64,000 nt of DNA from Acidimicrobiaceae bacterium (lineage in GTDB: Bacteria > Actinomycetota > Acidimicrobiia > Acidimicrobiales > RAAP-2), in NCBI GenBank assembly GCA_003141095.1, contig PLKM01000010.1, positions 36,693 through 100,692 of the forward strand, read 5' to 3'. Positions 57,231-64,000 of the stretch are shown one piece after another. A model generated the notes under the pieces. The model did not search any database, was not told where the DNA came from, and was given only the letters and a program-made list of their open reading frames with translations. The position numbers and the translations under genes were made by a program. The number at the start of each line of letters is the position of its first letter. The stretch's first letter is position 1.

Positions 57231-57958
57231 GGGCATGGTGGGCACAAACGCGCGCCGAAGTGCGCATGAACGTTCGACGTGGCGAGACACTGCTCCTGAC
57301 CATCGGCATTCCCGTGCTGCTCCTGGTGTTCTTCTCGTTGGCTCACGTCACCACGTCACCCACGCCACACCGGATCAACTTCATAGCTCCAGGGATATTG
57401 GCACTCTGCGTACTGTCGACGTCGCTCGTGGCGCTTTCAATTTCCACCGGATTCGAACGTTCGTTCGGTGTTCTTCGCCGTCTGCACGTCACGCCCCTCG
57501 GCCAACGCCGCCTCATCGGCGCGAAAATCGCCGGCGTTCTCGTCACCGAGGCCCTCCAGGTGGTCATTTTGTCGCTCGTGGCGCTCGCGCTGAAATGGCA
57601 CCCGCGTGGCGGGGTGAGCGGCGCCCTCGAAGTGTTGGCCCTACTGATCCTGGGTTCGGCCGGATGCGCCGGGATTGGCCTGCTGCTCGCGGGAAGGCTG
57701 CGAGCCGAGGTCAACCTCGCCGCAAGCAACGGGCTCTACCTGATTCTGCTGCTGCTCTCCGGCATCGTGGTGCCCGTCACCTCACTGCCCGCCTTCGTGC
57801 AAAGAATCGTCGTCGGCCTGCCCTCTGGTGCACTCGCCGACGGCCTTCACCGCGTTCTGGGCCAGGGCCTGGGACCTTCGAAAGCTGATTGGCTATCACT
57901 CGCCATCTGGGCGGTACTCGCCCCACTGCTCGCGGCGCGCACTTTCCGCTTTGACTAG
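57227..57958 (+). CDS. ABC-2 exporter permease
   Basis: RRGETLLLTIGIPV, ISTGFER..GVLRRL..TPL; ATGA overlap. Confidence 0.88.
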   Translation: MRAWWAQTRAEVRMNVRRGETLLLTIGIPVLLLVFFSLAHVTTSPTPHRINFIAPGILALCVLSTSLVALSISTGFERSFGVLRRLHVTPLGQRRLIGAKIAGVLVTEALQVVILSLVALALKWHPRGGVSGALEVLALLILGSAGCAGIGLLLAGRLRAEVNLAASNGLYLILLLLSGIVVPVTSLPAFVQRIVVGLPSGALADGLHRVLGQGLGPSKADWLSLAIWAVLAPLLAARTFRFD

Positions 57959-58545
57959 TCGGTTTCGCCCAGGGCGATGATGCCCTTCGACAGCTGACCC
58001 GCCGGAATCGCCCCGAAATAGACCTGCTTTACGACACCATGGGCGTTGACGAACACCGTTTCGGGTAACTGGCCAAACTTGAAGATTCCCGCCGTGACGT
58101 CGTCATAGGGATCAAAGGCGACTGGGAACGTCACGTGATCTTTTCGGATGAATGTTTGGGCCGCCGACCGCACGTCGCCGGCGTCGATGCCCATCACAAT
58201 GACGTTGCCTTCGTTGTGCGACGAGACCCATTTCGCGACCTTGGGCATCTCGCCCCGGCACGGAGCGCACCAACTGGCGAAGAAGATGAGCACGCCCGGA
58301 TGGCCGCTGGCCCACGGAGCCTTGTCGGTGCCACTGACGAGCCCGCTCAAGGAATAGCTCGCCACCTTCTTGCCCACGAGCGCCGACGTGGGCAGTCCGT
58401 TGTTCGACTTCACCGATCCGCCGGTCAGGATCGACATCACCACGATGAGCGCCACCGCCGCCACGGTGCCGATGCCGAGTGACACGAACATCATTGGCGA
58501 GGGGTGACCCCGCTGCGGCTTAGTGATTTCGGACAAGAACGTCAA
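57955..58545 (-). CDS. Membrane-anchored TlpA/ResA thioredoxin
   Basis: TM helix, FFASWCAPC, PETVF. Confidence 0.88.
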   Translation of the reverse strand: MTFLSEITKPQRGHPSPMMFVSLGIGTVAAVALIVVMSILTGGSVKSNNGLPTSALVGKKVASYSLSGLVSGTDKAPWASGHPGVLIFFASWCAPCRGEMPKVAKWVSSHNEGNVIVMGIDAGDVRSAAQTFIRKDHVTFPVAFDPYDDVTAGIFKFGQLPETVFVNAHGVVKQVYFGAIPAGQLSKGIIALGETD

Positions 58546-59434
58546 CCGCCATCAACACGAAGAGCGCCGTCAGGTAGGTGATGGAGAAGTGGAAGAGACG
58601 CATCGCCTCTCCAACGTCGGCCTTACCCTCGTACGCGTGTCGATAGAGGCGAAACGCGTAGAACGTGAACAGCGCGCCAAGTACCGTGGCCGAAACCGCG
58701 TAGACCCAACCGAGGTGCGCGACCGGCCCAATCAGCATCGTCAGCGCCCACATGAGAATCGAGTACACCAAGATCTCAAGCGTCGTACGTTCCAACGACG
58801 CCACGACCGGCATCATTGGAACGTGGGCGGCTTCGTAGTCGTCGCGGTAACGAACGGCGAGCGCCCAAAAGTGCGGCGGCGTCCAGATAAAGATCACCAG
58901 GAACAGCAGCACCGGCGTCCACGTCAACGAGTTCGTCACTGCGGACCAGCCAATGAGTACCGGCACCGCTCCCGCCGCGCCACCGATGACAATATTCTGC
59001 TTGCTGCGCCTTTTGAGCCACACCGTGTAGACAACAACGTAGAACGCCGTCGCGGACATGGCGAGCCACGCCGACAACTGATTCACCCAGATCGCGAGCA
59101 CCGCGAACGCGATGATCTCCAGCGCGAAGGCGAAAATGGTCGCCGCACGCGGAGTCATGACACCGGTCACCAGCGGACGCTTCTTCGTGCGCTCCATGAT
59201 GGCGTCGATATCCCGGTCGATCACCATGTTGAAAGTGTTCGCTCCGCCGGCGGCGAGGGTGCCGCCAATCAGCGTTGCCACGATCAGCCAGAGTCCCGGT
59301 ATCCCGTTGGCGGCGACCACCATGGTCGGAATCGTCGTGACGAGCAACAACTCGATAATGCGAGGCTTGGTCAGAGCCAGGTAGCCCCTCAAGACTTCCG
59401 CGGTCGAGCGCGGGGTATGGGCCGTAATTGTCAC
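58520..59434 (-). CDS. ctaB: Heme o synthase (protoheme IX farnesyltransferase)
   Basis: LTKPRII, DRDIDAIMERT..RP, NIVIGGAAGA, WTPPHFWAL. Confidence 0.96.
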   Translation of the reverse strand: MTITAHTPRSTAEVLRGYLALTKPRIIELLLVTTIPTMVVAANGIPGLWLIVATLIGGTLAAGGANTFNMVIDRDIDAIMERTKKRPLVTGVMTPRAATIFAFALEIIAFAVLAIWVNQLSAWLAMSATAFYVVVYTVWLKRRSKQNIVIGGAAGAVPVLIGWSAVTNSLTWTPVLLFLVIFIWTPPHFWALAVRYRDDYEAAHVPMMPVVASLERTTLEILVYSILMWALTMLIGPVAHLGWVYAVSATVLGALFTFYAFRLYRHAYEGKADVGEAMRLFHFSITYLTALFVLMAVDVLVRNH

Positions 59435-59476
59435 AGTGGTTATTCTACGAGGCGAAGGATTACCTAGGCTACGGAA

Positions 59477-60409
59477 GTGACTTCCCCAAAGCGCCGTACG
59501 ATATCGGGTCCAGTGTTTCGTTGGTTTGCCTTCGCCTCTTTCCTTTCAATGATCGTCATTGTCCTCTCCGGTGCCGCCGTTCGACTCACCGGATCAGGCC
59601 TCGGATGCCCCGACTGGCCAACATGCTTTCACGACCAAATATCCGGTTCATTGAGTATTCACCCACTGATCGAGTACACCAACCGGATGGTCACCGTCAC
59701 GCTGGTGATCTTGACGGGCGTCACCTTTATCGCTGCGCTTATGCGCAGCCCTCGCCGTCGTGACCTCGTAGTCCTTTCAGCGTCGCTCATCGCCGGCGTC
59801 GTCGCTGACGCGGTGCTCGGAGCGTTCGTGGTCTACAGCAAGCTGAACCCGTGGCTGGTTTCACTCCATATGCTGCTCTCGCTCACGATGGTGGTGCTGA
59901 GCGCTGTCCTCTATCACCGCTCCAAGTACCTCTACGGACCCGGCGCGCGCGCTGACGTGCGCGATCCGCACTTTCGCTCGGTCGCTCGGCTCCTATGGGT
60001 TCCCTTCGTGGTCCTTCTCATCACGGGAACCATGACGACGGGTTCGGGCCCGCACGCCGGCTCATCGCAGGGCCAACTGACCGCGCGACGGCTTCCCTTC
60101 GCCTTCTCGTCGGCCGCGTGGGTGCATTCGCTCGCCGCGATGCTCTTCGTCGGGCTCGTCGTCGGACTGCTGCTCTCGATCTGGAAGACGGGAGCGCCCC
60201 AGCCCCTCCAGCTCGGCGTTCGTCGACTCGTCGTGATAGCCCTGCTCCAGGGCGCCATCGGAGCCACCCAGTACCTCACTCACGTGCCGGCGGTTCTCGT
60301 CGAACTCCACATCGCTGGAGCGGTATCACTGGCAATCGGCATGACGCAGTTCACTCTTCGTCAAACCGCGCACGACCGGGAACCCGGTACCAAAAGGGGC
60401 CAGCCCTAA
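59477..60409 (+). CDS. ctaA: COX15/CtaA heme A synthase
   Basis: VRLTGSGLGCPDWPTC, IEYTNR, SLH, TGSGPHAG, WVH, ELH. Confidence 0.9.
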   Translation: MTSPKRRTISGPVFRWFAFASFLSMIVIVLSGAAVRLTGSGLGCPDWPTCFHDQISGSLSIHPLIEYTNRMVTVTLVILTGVTFIAALMRSPRRRDLVVLSASLIAGVVADAVLGAFVVYSKLNPWLVSLHMLLSLTMVVLSAVLYHRSKYLYGPGARADVRDPHFRSVARLLWVPFVVLLITGTMTTGSGPHAGSSQGQLTARRLPFAFSSAAWVHSLAAMLFVGLVVGLLLSIWKTGAPQPLQLGVRRLVVIALLQGAIGATQYLTHVPAVLVELHIAGAVSLAIGMTQFTLRQTAHDREPGTKRGQP

Positions 60410-60421
60410 AAAAGTGAGCCA

Positions 60422-60437
60422 AGGGTCTTAAGACCCT
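60422..60437. promoter_or_regulatory. Perfect 16-bp palindrome, candidate operator
   Basis: AGGGTCTTAAGACCCT with no loop, 56 bp upstream of the cytochrome b operon. Confidence 0.45.
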
Positions 60438-60493
60438 ACGTACTGACACGCATCAAGTGACATACTGAAACCAACGAGGGGGGTGGACAGAGC

Positions 60494-60676
60494 ATGGCAT
60501 TTCTATTGTCATTTGCGGCACTAGTTCCGCTTAACAATTTAGGGCACTATGTCCAGTGGCATTTCCTGGAGATCAGTGTTGCCAACCTAATGGTCATCGT
60601 GCTGATGATAATTACGTTCGTGGTGGCGCTGCTAGCGCCATTTCCCGGTCGGCGCCGTAGGAAGGAAAATCGATGA
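60494..60676 (+). CDS. Small single-TM protein leading the cytochrome b operon
   Basis: GAGGGGGG RBS-like tract; YVQWHFLEISVANL then a TM helix and basic tail; ATGA overlap. Confidence 0.7.
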   Translation: MAFLLSFAALVPLNNLGHYVQWHFLEISVANLMVIVLMIITFVVALLAPFPGRRRRKENR

Positions 60677-61305
60677 GTACCTCTGAGATCGATCGTCAGT
60701 GGACGACCAGGCTTCGACGGCGCGTCGAGGGCAAACTGCCGCCGGAGAAGTTGCTCCCCGACACCCAGCCCACCTACGTCTCTTCGTGGATCTACGTCTT
60801 CGGCATCGCCACCATGTGTTCGCTCGGTGTCGTCATTGGCACCGGGTGCATCCTCGCGCTGCGCGGACCGCAGTGGTGGCACGGCTCGGACTACGGCCAC
60901 TTCATCAACTCGATGCACCTCTGGTCAGTGGAGATCTTCTTCTTCTGCATGGTGATTCACCTTTGGGGCAAGTTCGCAATGGCGGCCTGGCGTGGCGGAC
61001 GTGCACTCACGTGGATGACCGGCGTCGTGACGTTCCTCGTGTCCATTGGTGCGGGCTTTACGGGCTACGTCAGCCAGAGCAACTTCGACTCGCAGTGGAT
61101 TTCCACTCAAGCGAAGGACGGGATCAACTCCACTGGCGCGGGCGCCTACTTCAACGTGTTGAACATGGGTCAGATGCTGATGTGGCACATCGTTCTACTG
61201 CCGCTTGGGGCCATTGTCCTCACCGGCATGCACGTGCTGATGGTTCGCATCAAGGGCGTAGTTCCACCCTTTGAAGAGGAAGCGGAAACGGAGGTGGCGC
61301 AATGA
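60673..61305 (+). CDS. Cytochrome b6-like N-terminal domain protein (di-heme, 4 TM)
   Basis: H-x13-H (MHLWSVEIFFFCMVIH) and H-x14-H (WHIVLLPLGAIVLTGMH); WMTGV, FTGY. Confidence 0.88.
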   Translation: MSTSEIDRQWTTRLRRRVEGKLPPEKLLPDTQPTYVSSWIYVFGIATMCSLGVVIGTGCILALRGPQWWHGSDYGHFINSMHLWSVEIFFFCMVIHLWGKFAMAAWRGGRALTWMTGVVTFLVSIGAGFTGYVSQSNFDSQWISTQAKDGINSTGAGAYFNVLNMGQMLMWHIVLLPLGAIVLTGMHVLMVRIKGVVPPFEEEAETEVAQ

Positions 61306-62258
61306 GGAAGAAATCATTCCGTCCCGACGTTGATGCTCCCGCGTGGAAGGGCGGCTACAGCCCCTACGACATCATCAAGGAGGGCACCATCGCCCTCGTG
61401 GTGATTCTGGTGCTCACGCTGATCATGGCCGTCGTCTTTGGATCACCCGACGAGAAGGCCATCACCGTCAAGACCTGGTCGAACGCCGACCCTATCGACT
61501 TCGCGACGACGGCCCTGAGCGAACTCAACGGAACGTCGGTCAGCGCCGCCTACGGCGCGCCCTACAACAATACCCCCGGCGCGAGCCAGACCATGGGGCC
61601 ATTGAAGCTGGAGCAGTGGGTGGGGGTTCGCATACCGATCAACTCGGCCAAGGACTTTGTGATCAGCCCGTTGAAGTCACTGCCGGACCAGCCCGTACTT
61701 GACCAGCAGTTGAAGACCTGGTCCGCGGCTTCCACGGCGACGAAGAACACGTGGCTCAAGAGCTACGCCAAGGCCTCGACGAACATGAAGATTGTGAAGG
61801 GACAGGTGGTCATAAACGCCACCAATGCCGGTCCCGTCCCGGTCATGATCAATGACTTGACGCAGATGGCCCGATCGGGCGCTTTGGACCAGGCCCTGGT
61901 GACGGGACACGGGTTCTATACGACCGACTACACCAAGCCGCTGCTGTTCTTGGCCGATAGTCAGTACTTGGGCGACCTCGCCCAAAAGCAGCACCTGACT
62001 GGCGAGCAGTGGGGCATGATGAATGAAACGGGGAGTTACCCCGGACAGGCGTGGCTATGGCTCTACACGTTCTGGTACCAGATTCCCCCGTTCAACTCGA
62101 GCTCCAGTGGCGACGCATTGGTCTTCGCCACGATGGGGGTGCTGTCCCTCTTGCTTCTCTTCGTACCCTTTATCCCGGGTCTTCGCTCGGTACCGCGCAA
62201 GCTCAAGATTTATCGCCTTATCTGGCGAGAGCACTACCGGGAGATCGAGAAGGTCTAA
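61302..62258 (+). CDS. Subunit IV (PetD/QcrC)-like membrane protein with a large extracytoplasmic insert and no CxxCH
   Basis: YDIIKE + TM helix, ~190-aa soluble region, PGQAWLWLYTFWYQ, TM helix with LLFVPFI. Confidence 0.6.
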   Translation: MRKKSFRPDVDAPAWKGGYSPYDIIKEGTIALVVILVLTLIMAVVFGSPDEKAITVKTWSNADPIDFATTALSELNGTSVSAAYGAPYNNTPGASQTMGPLKLEQWVGVRIPINSAKDFVISPLKSLPDQPVLDQQLKTWSAASTATKNTWLKSYAKASTNMKIVKGQVVINATNAGPVPVMINDLTQMARSGALDQALVTGHGFYTTDYTKPLLFLADSQYLGDLAQKQHLTGEQWGMMNETGSYPGQAWLWLYTFWYQIPPFNSSSSGDALVFATMGVLSLLLLFVPFIPGLRSVPRKLKIYRLIWREHYREIEKV

Positions 62259-62266
62259 GTGGTCCG

Positions 62267-62312
62267 CGACCCATTCCACGGGAACCTCGTACGGTTCGCG
62301 TGGAATGGGTCG
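62267..62312 (+). terminator. Terminator of the cytochrome b operon
   Basis: 14-bp outer stem CGACCCATTCCACG/CGTGGAATGGGTCG followed by TTTT. Confidence 0.8.
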
Positions 62313-62490
62313 TTTTCCTTCCTCGCCCCTCGCATTTCACGGCCCGTCTCGTCATTCGTGCTGGACCAGGGCGCCGCAAGTTGTGGTACTTCTCGCTTCA
62401 ACTGCGATCGAGTGCGTCGTCGACGCTTTTGAGAACAAGAGTTGACGACGCCGGCGATGGTTGCCACGAAGGACTCGCGCTGCGGATCCC

Positions 62491-63078
62491 TCAGTCGTTC
62501 TCCACCGTGTAGTCCCAGTCAGCCACGACGTGCCTATGATCGGGAGCCCATTGCATCATCCCCTCGCCCACCAACTCGTAGGCCCGGAGTCGGAACGTGA
62601 GGGTCTCTCCTCGATGAAGCAGCCGCGGCAACGAGTGCTCGCCCGGGACGAGTCCCATCAAGAAGACGGCACCGAGGTGGTCAACAGAGTGGAAGTCGGC
62701 GATCGACACGGGAACGTCGGTGCTGGCGTCCCTCATCGTCACGGTCCACGTACACGTCGTCGCGTTGGGCTGATCGGGTAGTCCCTCGCCTGGTACCACT
62801 GGACCACTGACGGTGACGCGCAGGTGAAACGCCTTGGTATCGACCTCGACGGGTAGTCCCTCGATCTGGAGCGCCGGCTTGGTCATCGTTCCGACCAACA
62901 CCTGGTCAACGTCGGGGTTGAGTGTCTTCTTCGGGAGAAAGGAGGGGTACGTGGTCGCGGTGCCGCAGCCGGCGAGCGCAACGGCGCACAACAGTGCGAC
63001 GACGACGCGCGTGAGGCCGGACCCGAAGGCCCCGCCCCACGCGCGAGAAAAAACGCGAGGTTTCATTGTCTCGGCCAT
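62491..63078 (-). CDS. Lipoprotein of unknown function
   Basis: Lipobox ALAGC; beta-rich domain. Confidence 0.7.
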   Translation of the reverse strand: MAETMKPRVFSRAWGGAFGSGLTRVVVALLCAVALAGCGTATTYPSFLPKKTLNPDVDQVLVGTMTKPALQIEGLPVEVDTKAFHLRVTVSGPVVPGEGLPDQPNATTCTWTVTMRDASTDVPVSIADFHSVDHLGAVFLMGLVPGEHSLPRLLHRGETLTFRLRAYELVGEGMMQWAPDHRHVVADWDYTVEND

Positions 63079-63090
63079 CGTCGTGCGGCG

Positions 63091-64000
63091 CTAACCGTTG
63101 GCGCCCCTTGCTCCATTCGCGCCAGGCTTGCCGGGGGTACCGTTGGCGCCGTTACCGCCTGGAGCACCCGGCCTCGAGCGAACGCCATTGCCACCGTTGC
63201 CACCGTTGCCCCACGTCCCGTCGCACGGAGGAGTGTCGTTGGGCAACGTTGAAGTCCCGCTCGCCGTCAGCCAGATCCCGCTGCCCCACTCCTCGGGAGG
63301 ACACGCACCGTTCCCGCCGTTGCCACCGTTGCCACCAGAGCCAGCGAACGACGTGCCGGCGCCGCCAGCGCCGCCGTTACCGCCGTTGGTTCCGCAACCC
63401 GGCGCTCCGCCCGTGCCGCCGGTACCGCTGTATCGTCCCCGGTCATTCTGTCCGTTCACGCCCGTCCTGCCGAGCTTGACGAAGTTAGGACAGTACAGAG
63501 TGGACGTGCCCGTGCCGCTCACGGCCCCGTAACCCGGAGGCGTCGTCAGGGTCGTGAATGATTGCGCAGTGAAGACGTCGGGTCCGAACGAGGCCAGGCC
63601 AGTCTGCGCCGCGTAACCCAAGTGATCTTTTCCGTCCAGGCCACCACAGACCGATCCTGCGACCATCGGGGTGTCAGCGTTCGAGGGTTCGGTGCAGGAC
63701 TGTCCCGTGAGCAGGAGATCCTCCAGTGTGCGCAGCGTGCTGTAGTGGTTGTAGTACGTACTCGAGACGGTGCCCGGCTTGATCAGTGGGCTGATCAACA
63801 CGGTTCCGGTATCGCCGCCACCGGGGGTGAAGTCCGTCGGGTCGTACAGTGGGTCAACGGTGACGCAGCCCGAGGTGGTCGCGGCTTCGCTGCCGCTCGC
63901 GCAGGCGGAGGTGCCGACGGTGGACGTGGCCCCCTCGGCGCTCAACGTGACGTTGCCGACGAAACCGGCCGACAACGTCACCGGCTGGCCGGCGTCATTG
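63091..64000 (-). CDS. Phosphoesterase-family protein (5' end outside the window) with a PGRS-like Gly-rich C-terminal tail
   Basis: GGGDTGTVLISPLIKPGTVSSTYYNHYSTLRTLED, then GGNGG/GGAGG/GANG repeats. The frame is open to the window edge. Confidence 0.7.
   Translation of the reverse strand, partial: NDAGQPVTLSAGFVGNVTLSAEGATSTVGTSACASGSEAATTSGCVTVDPLYDPTDFTPGGGDTGTVLISPLIKPGTVSSTYYNHYSTLRTLEDLLLTGQSCTEPSNADTPMVAGSVCGGLDGKDHLGYAAQTGLASFGPDVFTAQSFTTLTTPPGYGAVSGTGTSTLYCPNFVKLGRTGVNGQNDRGRYSGTGGTGGAPGCGTNGGNGGAGGAGTSFAGSGGNGGNGGNGACPPEEWGSGIWLTASGTSTLPNDTPPCDGTWGNGGNGGNGVRSRPGAPGGNGANGTPGKPGANGARGANG

Noticed and set aside
1-64000. CRISPR array, cas1, rRNA and riboswitches.
   Set aside because: No spaced direct repeats, Cas1 motifs, rRNA or recognisable aptamer were seen by eye; a covariance-model scan would be needed to exclude riboswitches.

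Overview
High-GC actinobacterial chromosome segment; an Acidimicrobiia-like host is my inference from gene content and signal-peptide style. The core backbone runs ask, two PPIases, an ethylmalonyl-CoA/propionyl-CoA cluster (hbd, ecm, pccB, mce, ccr, thiolase), sixA, uppP, recR-dnaX-ffs-tRNA-Ser, tadA-tRNA-Ser, gabT, senX3-regX3, serS and ctaB/ctaA. Four accessory blocks interrupt it. (1) 15.6-24.7 kb: a phosphonate cluster with an HD(PhnZ)-GBBH/TauD(TmpA-like) fusion, PhnY, PhnZ, an ABC importer, a PhnX-like HAD and a TIGR03364-type FAD enzyme. (2) 33.5-46 kb: an AT-richer region with sqdB, secreted phosphoesterases, three full-length copies of one tRNA-Arg (ACG, an anticodon-shifted TCG copy, and a degenerate copy), and a 2,855-bp element at the 3' end of tRNA-Arg(ACG). 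That element has 32-bp terminal inverted repeats, a 14-bp target duplication and a casposon-type PolB remnant but no cas1; I interpret it as a non-autonomous mini-casposon. (3) 48-53 kb: a compact five-gene T4SS-like operon with no relaxase or integrase. (4) 60.5-64 kb: a Rieske-less split cytochrome b6-like module and a phosphoesterase with a PGRS-like glycine tail. No CRISPR array or rRNA was seen. All family assignments are by motif recognition, not database search.
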